Source: Curvularia clavata (taxonomy: Eukaryota). From it: a DNA stretch of 64,000 nt. The DNA lies in the NCBI GenBank assembly GCA_023920165.1, contig CP089276.1:4464001-4528000 (forward strand). The letters run 5' to 3'. This document shows positions 11,572 to 23,928 of the stretch, in pieces (positions within the stretch are counted from its first letter, which is position 1; every line of letters begins with the position of its first letter). A model generated the notes under the pieces. That model did no database searches. It was given only the letters and a program-made list of their open reading frames with translations, and was not told where the DNA came from. The translations under genes and the position numbers were made by a program.

Positions 11572-14500
11572 GTGCATGCATTGCAACCGCTGGGTCTAGG
11601 AAGCTCTGCCTTACACACGACCTGATAACCCATCACGCCATTCTCGCCTCGCCCAACCCTCCTACCTTGTACTACTGTCAAAATCATTATTAGTAGGGAT
11701 CTAGACAGCCTTGCCTTGTTTCACGTTGCCTGAGCAATTAAACTCTAGTTAGCATTCGTAGTTTGCCATCTCTTCCAGAGCACCTCGTGCCTGGGCCTCA
11801 CCATCCCACTCCAGGCTCTCGCTTCCAGGCTCGGTTCCTTGACACCGTGGCGCATCCATTTCCACAAACGGCTATTCCCATGCTGCAAATCACAGTAATT
11901 TCCAACTCGTCTTGATCGTCTTGACCCCATCGCACTCAAGACCCTCGCGGGCAAGGCCTGGCCCCACAGTTCACGATTTATGTCCGGATCTGTTCCCTGT
12001 CTGCCGATCTTTCTCCTCACTAAACCGGGTTTTTTCAAACTCAACCATCGTACGATCATGGGCACCATGCAGGCAGAGATCGACCAACAAGCACAAATTG
12101 CGCAGGATTGACCATGTTGCCCGCGCCCGCGCCGTTGCAGGCGTGCATCATTCTACTAGTTGATTTATGGCTGTGATGGCGGCATGTGAGCCTCGAGCCT
12201 CTGGTTGGTTCCACTATGGCTAAGGAAGCAGCATGTCGCGATTCCGCGCTAGCACTTGTCACAAGGGCACAATGCAAGAACTAACGATAGCGGTTATTCG
12301 GAGTTTTTTGACATGTGTGCCGTAGAAATGTCCCTATTCATCAACCTTCTTCTGGTCAGATGGAGAGGTTTATTAGGCAAACCTTGTGCCATTCCGGCCC
12401 ACTGAGAATCCGAGCGTAGTCCCAGCGCTACTGTCTAGATTCACCGACATTCCATTTGGGTTCTCACTTCCAATTTTCAACAATCAAGTGATGATTTCGC
12501 GACGTGACCGGAAATGACTTGACGAGGCTGTTTCCCAGTCGTCTGGGCGGGGGTACCTGCTAGCTCACGTGTCATGACAATCCCGGATCGACAATGAGGT
12601 TACAAATAGTCACAAAGTGGGCAAAGGCGGCCGATCTGGTGTCCTGGAAAGCTCCTTGACTGCTGCGGGATTTTCCATGTATTGTCTGACAAGAAAAATG
12701 GGTCAACCAGTAGGACCCAGACATAATGACACTGTGTAGGAAGAGCACAGTATCACCATGTGACCCTGCAAGACACGCCGCCTCGCTTCAGTGTCTATCA
12801 ACCAAATGCAAAAGATGATGGCTTTCTATGATACAGGTCTCAGGCTTTGGTGGAGAAAGAAGCAGCGCCATCTATGTGTTGTCTTGAGCTAAGACTACAA
12901 AGTCCTGTCGCGAAGCTATGCACAGCATTGAGTGGGCACACAGCTATTTTTCTTCTTCTCGAGTTCGCATCTTGTTGATTAGAATTGATGCCTTGGCTGT
13001 GTTGCACAGCAGCTGGAACAGCGTCCACAGTTCACATGCCACATCACAATAACTGTATATTATCAAGAGGACCACCTATTCTTTGGTTTTCCAACCTCGA
13101 GTGTGATACCGAACATTAACAACAAGACTGACACGTTACTGCCAATCATGCTAAATACTTTTGGCTGGGGCAATGGGGCGTTGAATCAAACATGGACAAC
13201 GCATCATCGGATAGCTGCATGGTGAAAGACGACGTACAGAAACCAGAGCAACCTACACAAGCCATGCTGCCTAATACAGCCGTCACTACATGACGGTATA
13301 AGGTGGCTTCTGTTGACAACAAATGCACTGCGCGCACATGCACATGCACTTATATATACCCATATATACAGGTCCAATCTGGATATACAGCGATCGTGGT
13401 TGTGGATGGCTGCTGTCTTCGGAGCGGGACTTGCAGCTCGCCTCGATTACGTATGCGGGGGAAGGGAAAAAAGCCGAGTGATACCGAGCGCGTATGCAAT
13501 TGCAAGGGCATATGCAAAACATATCTTTTCTGCTGTGAAACCTTGCAGCACACCCGTCCGTCCTTGCCACCAAATCTCGCATCTCGCCTCGCCCGAAAAA
13601 CACAACCTTTGGATATCTCAGCCAATGTGCCGGATTCAGCAACGGCTGCAAGCAGCTGAAAAAACACACACCGTTTGGCCACATTTGCCCCTCGAAACGT
13701 GTTCAGGTGCGGCAAAGGAAAGGAGAATTTTGCCACTTCTTGTTGGCGCAGCAGCGGGGCTGAGAAATATCGCCTAAGCCGCCTCACCTTTTGCGCTTCA
13801 GCAGCCATGGCTCTCCAACAAAGGCTCGTTTCGCTCTTCTCCTACTCGGGACTTCGCTGGGACCGACGCACAACCATTCTAGGCACTGGCTGAGGCCCAC
13901 GTCGCATAGTGCAATGGTCATGACGCATGGCTGCTCGACTATCTGCGGTGGCGGAACATCTCAGCTTGGATGAACAGCAGCTACCTCGAGACTAGGCGAG
14001 GCCAAGCACTGCAGACGGAGCATATAACTCTCGAGTAGCGTCAGACATGAGAAATGTCGGTGTGTCCAGAATACCAGGCCCAAGGTTCTGGTCAGGAAAC
14101 CAAGCAACCACACTCTTTCGCCGATTTGCGTACCAAACAGAGGTAGAGGTGAGCAGGCGCAAATACAGTATAAGACCCATGCGTTCGCACGCGTGGGATG
14201 CACGCCGCCGCAGGTGCTGAGGAACGGGCGCCGTATAAGGGGGCGTGCTTATTTATGACATGGAACGGTTTCGTGCTGACCGTGCGATAGGCTTCCTTGA
14301 CGGCTTTCCGCGCAGGCGCGTCTCACAACCTCACTCTCTCACCCTCTCTGTCTTGCAGATCTCTTTAGTTTATGTGACATGCTTGCCCAAGCAAGACATA
14401 AGCCGGACCCTTGCTTTTGCCAAAGCGAATGACCTTGTGAGCTTGGTCACACAGAGCTAGATACTCAACCACTGCTCGGCAACCCGCCGGAACTGCGCAC

Positions 14501-14589
14501 GTCTACTACCGATCCAGACCGCGTAGACAACCCATATATACGCCGTCCAAGGCCAGAAGACGGCCAAACTTGCATTCGCCAACGAGACG

Positions 14590-15519
14590 ATGCCGCCCGC
14601 GAGCTCCTCCTTCACGCCCCTCAATATCTCGGACGACCTGGTGCCAGAATGGCTGGGTTCGTTTACCTTGGCGGCACCCCCAAATACCGATCTCTGGAGA
14701 AAGCCCCCATCGGGCGATGTATCAACAGCCCCGATCCTCTACACTGCGCTGCGCAATCCTTTCATAGCTGCCGAGGTTACCGTCTCTGCCGATTGGGAGC
14801 TGGAATGGGATCAAGGGGGATTGGTGATATTTGCGGGTACACCGCCAGGGCACATGGCATCGACAACAGGAGGAACATCAACAACAGCAGCAGCAGCATC
14901 ATCACTCGAAGTACCCAGCGTGGCCGATATTTTACTAGAAGATGACGCGACACAACGGCCCGCAACGTCATCCCCCTCACAACAAAGTCGGATAGCGTCC
15001 AGCAACGACAATCTGGAACCACCCAACAACCCGTCTGGTACCGGTAGCCCCCAGCAACCACCCAACAGCAGCAACAGCAGCAACAGCCACCGCGAGCCCC
15101 CACCCGCATACCCAGCAGCCCAACCCCCAGCCTCCAAATGGGTCAAAGTCGGCCTAGAATTCTGCAACAACGCATGCCACGCCACCTCTGTCGTAGCCAA
15201 CTCGGACGGCGCAGACTGGTCTCTCTCGGCGCTGCCGCCGCACCAACAGCGCCGCTACGATCTCCGAGTCAAGATCGAGCGCATCGGATATGCGCTGTGG
15301 GTCTGGTACGAGGACGACATGGTCGGCTGGAAGAAGCTGAGGGAAGTGACGTGGTTCTTTTGGGGCGTCGAGGACAAGGCCGTGCGTGTAGGCGTATATG
15401 CAAGTCGTCCGGCGAATTTTGGCCTCAGCATGTTTGATGCGAGACAAGCTGGCGGAGGCGGTGTTGGGTTCCAGGCGAGGAATCTGTGTGTGGATTTTGA
15501 GGGCTTGGAGATTTTTTAA
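14590..15519 (+). CDS. DUF1349 (Ree1-like, concanavalin-A fold) protein with a low-complexity insert
   Basis: APPNTDLWRKP, WDQGGLV, KWVKVGLEF, ADWSL and VGVYASRP motifs. Confidence 0.85.
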   Translation: MPPASSSFTPLNISDDLVPEWLGSFTLAAPPNTDLWRKPPSGDVSTAPILYTALRNPFIAAEVTVSADWELEWDQGGLVIFAGTPPGHMASTTGGTSTTAAAASSLEVPSVADILLEDDATQRPATSSPSQQSRIASSNDNLEPPNNPSGTGSPQQPPNSSNSSNSHREPPPAYPAAQPPASKWVKVGLEFCNNACHATSVVANSDGADWSLSALPPHQQRRYDLRVKIERIGYALWVWYEDDMVGWKKLREVTWFFWGVEDKAVRVGVYASRPANFGLSMFDARQAGGGGVGFQARNLCVDFEGLEIF

Positions 15520-16568
15520 AACCACGAGCAAATATGGGATATGATGGATATGGGTGGGGTGGTTTTTTTTTTCGGATTCTTTGATATATATATATACATA
15601 TGGTGAGAGAAGAGAAGGGGTTCTCGGGGGGGGGGGGGGATTTCATTTTACTGGCGAAGGGGAGGAAGTGCTGCTGCTGCTGCTCTTTTTTTTTGTACAA
15701 ATTTCATGTCCTGGATGATACCATGCCAACACTGTACTATATCATTCGTATTATATTCTACATAGTATAGCCGGTATAATTACTTTATGAAGTCTTTTCT
15801 TTCGTTGCTTGTCTCTCTTTTGTATTCACATACCTGGTTCTCAAGTAACGGTATCTAAAGATTAAGGGTTGAACAGTCGTAGCAGGAATGCTACTAAACA
15901 GCCTCATAAATGGCCTGGCATAATACACTCGATTGCCTAGCAGTATAACAGAATACGAGAAACAAAGTGCGAGAGAACAAAGCATAGCTCTACTCATCCA
16001 TGTAATGGAACCCCTCTACAGGAACCTAATTTTAAACCACTTGAAAGGAACCAGCCAGTGGACCTTGCATCTATGGAATGTGAATTAGGAACAAGCCCAC
16101 TGATGCATAGAGCTTCTCTTCACTCATACAAATTTACTCTTTATGTGCAGAGTTGAAAACACCTTTGTCTTGGTGATTGATAGCCCTTTTACGTATAGGA
16201 GTTAAGCTCGTGCCGGTAAGATAGAAGGGAGACGATATAGATAGAAAGAAACATGCAAGTCATAGCAAGTCTGCAGATGTAGGAAATTTGACTGAGACGC
16301 CGAGAGTGGGATTTACATAGTAAGTATATTGCAAATTGAATGTATCGGCACATCACACAATCAGACTGATGCAAACAGAAAATGTTCAAGTCATAAAAAT
16401 TACGATTACTCATATCTCTAATGCTACTTCTCACTCAGCGCCTTCATGACGCCTATAAAACCCAAACAGATACATACATCCATGCAGCGAGCGTCATCCC
16501 AAAGAAAGGGTATATATACATACATCCCAAGACAATCATATACATGCTCGTAATCACGTGCAAAACAA

Positions 16569-18167
16569 CTACTTCCTCGCCTCAGCAATAATATACGGGC
16601 CGATTACGCAAACAGCCGTCCAAATCACCATGAAACACTCGACCGTGAGTGTCCATGGGACCATGTATACCGGTACTTCCCTCAGGCGCACATAAATAGC
16701 GTAAAGCGCAACGTAGAAGAAGTGGTAGACCAGTGTCCAAGGATGAGTAATGAGACCAGCCAGCATAGCACTTGGCTCTGCGACGCTGGCACCGCCGCGT
16801 AGAAAGTACTTGAAGCAGCCCTTTTTGATGTACTCGAGATAGATGTTGTCTGCGGCGAAGAGGGAGTAGAGAGCCATGGCGAGGATGTTGATGACGCTGG
16901 TGCCGTTCTTGCGTTGCCAGTGGAATTTGCTGAGGGCGTCGAGGACGGCGTCCGAGTCTTCGAGAGAGGGGACGTTGGTAGGCGAGAGGAGAGAAGAGAG
17001 CAGGACTACGTCGTTGAAGGCGACAGTCATGCCTCCACCAGTGAGGGGATGGCGCATGTTCATTGCGTCACCGAGGATGATGAGACCGGCTTGTTTCTGC
17101 GTGGCAGGGGGTAGGAAGGAGTTTGGCATGCTGCGGAGTTTGCCTGCTTCAACGGCTTTGCGGAACGCGGGCTGCACGCATTCGGGAAGTCGAGGTAGTG
17201 CCACATTGAGCATGTGGTTCTTGATACCTCCATTCTTGGGAGACGCTGAAGGCAAGTTCTCTGGGACATCGATGAGAATGCGTGTCTCATGGGTGCCGAT
17301 CTGGTAAATGAGGATTGGAGGTGCGTCGGTGAGGATGACATGACCGTGGTTAGGAACGGGCAGCTCAGCGTCAATCATTTCCAGGCCCCAGAACTTGCTG
17401 CGTACCTGGGGCTGGTGCGGGAGATAGTCTTTACGGAACTTGGAGGCGTAGCCGTCGGCGACGAGTGTGACGGCCCCAAAGTAGTAGTCTTGTCTTCCCT
17501 CGGTATCGCACGACACGCCTACAACCTGGCCACTGTGGTCGCTCTTGACTAGCGATTTGACGGTCGATTCAATAACGGTAACGTTGGGGGTCGACCTGGC
17601 TTTGGCACGGAGCTTGGAAATGAAGCGGCCATGATGAAAGGAGCGACCTTCGGGTCGCCTGGAGGGTGTGTCCTTGATCAGATTGGCTGGGTAAGGAATG
17701 TGGGCTTCTTCCTTGTGGTACATGACCTGGTAGCCATAGCAGGGAATGGCGTCGATATCGTCGAGGCAATCTGTCGCATACTGTTAGCACTTCAACACTC
17801 CAGGTCTGCATGGATATATCGTACCCCTCATGCCCAGCTTCTCGAGCGCATTTACACCGCCGGGCTGCAGCAGCTCGCCTACAATGCGGTCGGGTTCCTT
17901 GAGGCTCTTTTCCAGCAAAATAACACTCCTGCCCTGATTGCCAAATGCAACGGCAGCAGCACAGCCCAGGACGCCAGCGCCAACAATGACGACATCAGCC
18001 TCATGGTGGATGCGCCGCCTCTCCTCGCGTTGGTCGACTGTGTGGGTGGCTTGGGCTGTGGGGGCAACCTGTGTGGAGGAGCCTCTCTTGCGCAGTTGGG
18101 GAGAAGGGGCGGCGCTGACGCCAGGCGGCAGCTCCGCGAGCTTGGTACCAGAATACATTGTGAGCAT
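16569..18167 (-). CDS. ERG1: squalene epoxidase; intron 17824-17771
   Basis: VVIVGAGVLG FAD motif, EPDRIVGELLQPGG, GRSFHHGRF, GDAMNMRHPLTGGGMTVA, and C-terminal TM helices. Confidence 0.96.
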
Positions 18168-18549
18168 GGTTGCAATTACTATGGGCCTAGTTGCGGGCCC
18201 AGCTCAAGGCGTGTGGTTGTGACGAAGCGGTGGAGGCTGAGAAGAAAATAAAACAAGCAAGTTGTTGGCAGCAGGTGATGTCAATTGGAGAAGAACAAAT
18301 CACGAGGCTCAGCGCAAGCGAGCGAAAGAGCAGTAAGGCAATTAAGAGAGTACAGTACAGAAGATAGTAGGAGCGGTAGTAGGAATAAGACGTCAAGGAA
18401 GAGCCAGGGTCCGGCAGCTTTTCGCTGTGATTGTTCCCGAGGGCGTGGCGAAGCCGCGATCTTAAGCGTCGATGTCGGGCGGCAGGGATCGCCTCACCGC
18501 CTCATGCTTTCTGCCAGGGGCTGCCGCTCCTGCACACCCATTGGCCCGC

Positions 18550-18598
18550 ATGGCGTGAACATGGCCTCACCTGCAAAACTGCCCTGCTCTCACCCCAT
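18550..18598. promoter_or_regulatory. two SRE-like elements upstream of ERG1
   Basis: ATGGCGTGA (TCACGCCAT on the minus strand) at 18550-18558 and TCACCCCAT at 18590-18598 resemble the SREBP/SrbA TCACNCCAY site. They lie about 400 bp upstream of a sterol gene. Confidence 0.35.
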
Positions 18599-19058
18599 CA
18601 TGGCCTTTTTGCCTTGCCTATGAGTGGGTCGTTCCAGTGTGAAATTGATTACGCTATGCAACTACATACTCTTCGATGGAATAGTACAAATACTACGTAG
18701 TTGGTACAAATTACACTACAAACCCAGTAGTCGCCGCGTCCAAGTCTATAAGTCTAGTGAGCAATCCAAGATAAAGTCTCCCCAAGGAAATTAGTATGTC
18801 GTGTCATAGTATGTATGTGAAATATCCCCCTTTCGTCCCGTTAGTCGTAGACGTCAAGATCGTCGCCCTATCCTTTTCCCATGTCTTTAATGTCTCAGTT
18901 CTATTTTACCAGCCCTATCCAACCGCTCCAGTATCCAAGATCCAACTACGCCAGTTGGGTAAGAGAGAGAAAAATCGGTATAGACCAATGCGAGGTTCAA
19001 ACAATTATTGTCCCTGTAGCTATGGTCATGCCGCGTTGTTGTACATACCCCACGCGCC

Positions 19059-20490
19059 TTAGAAGGCAGCGCCAGGTATCTTGGATACGGGTGGCGATAC
19101 GACCGGGCGATCGCCTTGTTTTGCCGCCAACTCTCTGTCCAACGTGTGTCCGCCTGATTCAGCCGGCGCCGCTAAGCCAACATTCGAGTTGTGATAGTAA
19201 GCGTCGTAAAACTCACTCAATCGCGAACCATCCACTCCTGTCGGGCTGGGAACAAGAAGCGTCGACTGGTTAGACTGGCTTCCACCCTCGCTGTTGATGG
19301 ACCCAAGAATCGAGGTGCGGCCAGACATTGCAGTCGACGTAAGAGATACTGGGCGCAACCTCCTCAACTGTTCCGACTCTTGCTCTTGCCCAAAGGCCTG
19401 GCGTATGACTCCGAATGTGCCCAAAAGGTCGTCGTTGTTGGAACTGCTCTGGTTGGATTCGCTCGTCATATTCATTCTACCTCCGTAGTCATGGGGAGAA
19501 GAATATGCGTGACGTTGTACTTGGACGGTGGCAGCGGACGAGGAAGATTGTTTATGCTCAGATTCTTGGTCAAAAGTTAGGGAGAGCCCAATATATGCAA
19601 CTATCAAATGCTAACATTACACGACAAACATCAACGCACCAGGGAGCTGGCTACCTACTCGGCACGTAAGTCTGCACGCCCGAGGACGAGTTGTCGGGAG
19701 GTGGTGACGGGGAATCTTTCCTCAGGGCATGAGCAGGAATGGTTGGCAGCCGCGCAGTAGGGGGATTGTATGGCGATGGATTTGAAGATGAGTCGTGTGA
19801 TGACATGGTGGGCGACAGCCTGAAGTTGTCGTTGTCGTGCTCATAGGATCCAATCGTTACAGTAGGGGTTTCGCGAGGCAGCCCAGGCGACGGCGGCACC
19901 TGAAGTGACATGTCGACCGTGTGGTTGTGCCTCCCGCTGAGTTCGGCCTCGGATGGGCGTAGCTTCATGGGCGGGCGAGTGGGTTCGTTGGCGGCACTAA
20001 GATTCAAGCTGAGCATGCTGGCGTTGTTGGATTGGCCCTTCATCAGTGGCGAGCTTGCACTTCCCCCAACCAGGGTCGTGTTGCTCATGGCGGCGTGGTC
20101 GCCCATGACGGATCCAGCTCTCGATGTAGGACGCGACTGTGCAACACCGGCATAGAATCCCGCTTCGATGGCCCGAATACCAAACAAGTCTCCCTCATCC
20201 TTCTCACGTTGGTTCAGTTCGACAGTGTCCTCCTTGGGTCCAGATTCGAGTTCGGCAGTGGTTGCCTTCTTTAACCTGTTTGATTGTTAGTCGCTGTACC
20301 ATGACCGGGGTTCGTTGTACACACCTGTGGCGGTTGTATAGAACCTTGATAAATCCAGCAATAATGGTGAGGACGAGCAAGCTCATGAAGACGACACTGG
20401 CGCAAGTTAGTCTTTGTTAATAATCAGTTCCGTCATGGCAACCTACACATATTTGTACGCCAAATCGAGGTTTCCAAACCAGTTGCCCAT
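19059..20490 (-). CDS. uncharacterised single-pass membrane protein with Ser/Pro-rich cytosolic tail; 3 introns
   Basis: MGNWFGNLDLAYKY-VVVFMSLLVLTIIAGFIKVLYNRHR-LKK…DLFGIRAIEAGFYAGVAQSRP… Canonical GT-AG introns join ORFs 20204..20386, 19651..20187 and 19059..19607. Confidence 0.8.
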
Positions 20491-23035
20491 TTTGATTACG
20501 GTAACAGGCAATAATGCCCAATTTGGGGTATCTTGAGAAGAGGTAGTTTTCCGGGATAGGCAACAAGCAAACGGCACTCGCCGAGATGTCGTTCGAGGGC
20601 CTTTATGCTTGAAACCCACGGGGATTCCAAAAATTAGGTGCGAACAAACGGTAGGTATAGTTTGTTGTTGATTAGGTCGTAGGCATGTATGTGACTTTGT
20701 GTCAAGCGAGAGACGGGAAAGGTTGGAAACGAGAATGACCTGGTCAAGAAGCAAACGCAATACAGAGGGTATGATTATCAGAAACGAAAGGACGTGTGAT
20801 GGAAGCACACGGAGAAGGACCGGTTCGGGGAAGCAAACTGCTGAAAAACCAAAGCTAGACGGAAGAGCGAAACGGAGGGGGAGGGGGAGGTAAATGAAAG
20901 TCGTGGTAGGCCCAGAAGGGATCGCTGTGTGCTTCAGTCACTTGGGCCATGTTTGGGATCTAAAAGCGGAGTGGACATCCCGAGTCTCAATGCCTGCGCA
21001 AGACAGGTGCCAGAGACCAATCACAGACAGGGTGCAGCCCAGAAAAGAAGTGTCAAGTATGTGCGCTAGCGATATTGGATGTGAGGTACCCGTTGACCAT
21101 GCAGAGGGAGTCTTGCCCCGTGTCAGTGCACTCGACGCTCGGCGGAGCTCTAGTTCGATGGCAATCTGGGCGCCTCGTAAAATGCCACCTATAGTGGCTG
21201 ATCCATGCAAGTTCCACATGTCCGGGCGATGCTGTGGTGGGCATCATCAAGAAGGCTATAGTGTTGAAGCGGTCGAGGCCTGGCGACAGGTGGCTCGAGA
21301 ATCAGCAAAAGCATGCTGGGCGGGAGCGGGACATGGACGTCCGGAAGGCGGCAGACGCAAAGGCAGAAGAGGCAAGGCGCTCTGCTGCATCTGTTGGCCT
21401 GTTGCCGTGCAGAGGAGTGCTGCTTGCGTGGTGTATTGACGGGAAAAGGCCGGCTAGGTGCTAGCTGGATGACGGTAGGTCAGGCCGGCCGGAGCGCCCC
21501 ACCCTCGTGTGGCTTGGCAGGAGAAAAGCCATCCTAAATGGTGAGGGCGCGGGTCCGCCTGGCCCGTGCCCATTGCTTTTTGCAGCTCCATGGCTCCATC
21601 ACACCAATGCCCATGGCCATATTATCATACTATGCTTTTTTCCCAACCCTCGCAGCTCTCGTCACAGCGCCCATCTCCCGACGTCGTTCCGCTAGCTGCA
21701 ATTTCCCACGCCCTCGGCAGCGCCTAGAAACACTGCGACCTTGCCAGCGCTGGCCTGCTCTGTCCGAGTACTAATATCTACCACCACCCTCCCAACACAC
21801 CGACCGCCCAGGTTGAACTCTGGGGTTTTCGCCGTTGGAGCTTTGCCCTTTGCAGAGTGGGCGCATGTTATGATGCAGAGGGCGCAAAGCCACGCCGCTC
21901 AAGGCGCGTCGCACCACGATACAACAGGCTCGAGGCCGGCCAAACGAAACGCCTATAGCTCGCTTCTGACTCTGCGCGCCCAGCAGCGCAGCCAGTGCCG
22001 CTTTTGACAGCGACGGTAAAACGATGGCCCGCCGCGCAAGCAACACAGCCGAGGGTCCGAGTTGGGTTGGCCGTACCGCCGCCAGCGCCTCAACAGCAGT
22101 GCCTGAGAGCCTGAGTTCCCATGGACGTAGTAGACATGTGGGATGCATCCATATGATATGTGTGTGTGTGGTGAGCCTCAGCCACGTGCAACAGCCACCG
22201 ACTTATTCTGCTGAGACCGGCCCTGTGGCTGGCGGCTTTGCGGCCGTTTTACTTCTTGGACTCGTACACACATAGCATGTACGTGTTGGCGCCATTGTTG
22301 GCGCCAACCGCGACGGCACGCGGATGGTGCGAGCCGACCGTCTTACGGTCATGTTTATTCGTGACGCAAAAAGGAGGCCAGTGCAGCCCAGCGAGATTGC
22401 ACGCTTCCGGAAACGCTGTCGATTCTCATGCGCCAGACTCGTAGGATGACTCTGCTCGGCCTATTCCGTACACGAGCAGACCATCGTCGGTCAAACTGCA
22501 ATAGGCAGAGCTGCTAACAAGTGTTTGCCCGATTCTCTGTGCCTGCCAAGTCTTTTTTTTTTCTCCTAGCGGCCTTGCTTGGACCCTTTTGCCAAGCGCC
22601 AGTTTTATCTTTGTTCCCTGCGCATGGTGGGCTAGCTGCAGATTGAGTGAGCGCAAATTCGTAGAGTAATATCATGGATTGCTGGGCCGTGGTCGTGCCG
22701 TGAGGCACTGACGCGTATGTTTTGGTAGGCAGATAGTTGCGGGCGGCGCAAGCTTGTAGCGCGTGAAGTCAGATAGGTATCGTCCAGACCACATGCCAGA
22801 TCAGAACATGTGTTGTGAGCAGACGTGTTGAAGACTGTAAGCGCGCAGAATTGAGTGAGCGAAACATTCATACACAGTATCTACCTGCAATCGAGTTTGG
22901 CTTCTTGGCAGGCAGTCGCGATGTATGGCGTCATCGAGCCGAGTCATCGCAATCGTCCCTTCCCTTAGCGGCTGCCGTTTTCCCACACCACACGCCACAT
23001 CCGCCAAGCCATCGAGTCAGCTTCACAACACCATC

Positions 23036-23928
23036 ATGGATCAATCAGATAGTGCATCTGGAAAATCAAAGATCCTCAAGATCGAGCCTCTCGATAATAA
23101 GGACGCAAAATGGGCCACGTTGGTCAAGTACGTAAATCATCTCATCATCATCGGGCTCGTCAAGCTACACGTGTATCCATTTTCCTTATCACGACACCTT
23201 CTTCAACGTTTACATCGCTGACTGCTTCCTAGAACCACCTACACAGATCCTGAAGGCGTCGAGCGCACTTGGGAGTCTGGCGAGCGTCTCACACGGCCCA
23301 AGGGTACTGATATCGATGGCGTCGGTGTCGCTGCAATTCTACGCGATCCTGCCAAACCAAACGATGAGCCACGCATCATTCTCCAAAAGCAGTGGCGTCC
23401 ACCTGCCAACGCCACTGTCATCGAAGTCCCAGCGGGTCTTATGGACCCAAATGAGAGTCCTGAGACATGTGCGCTTCGTGAGCTAAGAGAAGAGACAGGC
23501 TATGTTGGCGAGCTTGTTGATGACCAGTCTGTAAGTCATGGCAAGCTTTCATCGTCTGCAGGGCATGCTGATCTTTGCTCCAACGATTAGTTTCAGATCA
23601 GCCCTATCATGTTCAACGGTAAGCTGCATTGCATCTTGGACTAGCTTCAGGAATGACACATCATCGCTGACTTGACAACCACACAGACCCTGGCTTCTGC
23701 AATACCAATTTAAGAATGGTCCATGTTACCGTCGACTTGTCTCGTCCGGAAAACCGCAACCCACAGCCAAGTCTAGAGGAGAATGAATTCATCGAGACAT
23801 TCTCAGTTCCATTGAAAGACCTATGGAATGAGTGCATTTCCCTCGAGAAGCAGGGTTACGCCATCGACGCACGTGTTGGCACATTGGCAGAGGGAATAGA
23901 GTTTGCCAAGAGATGGAAATTCACATAG
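23036..23928 (+). CDS. YSA1: NUDIX ADP-ribose pyrophosphatase (Ysa1/NUDT5-like); 3 introns
   Basis: KWATLVK-TTYTDPEGVERTWES…QWRPPANATVIEVPAGLMDPNESPETCALRELREETGY (Nudix box)…MFNDPGFCNTN…IDARVGTLAEG. Confidence 0.9.

Noticed and set aside
12488..12690. possible C/D snoRNA (GTGATGA … CTGA)
   Set aside because: The boxes are about 200 nt apart, with no terminal stem or recognisable rRNA guide.
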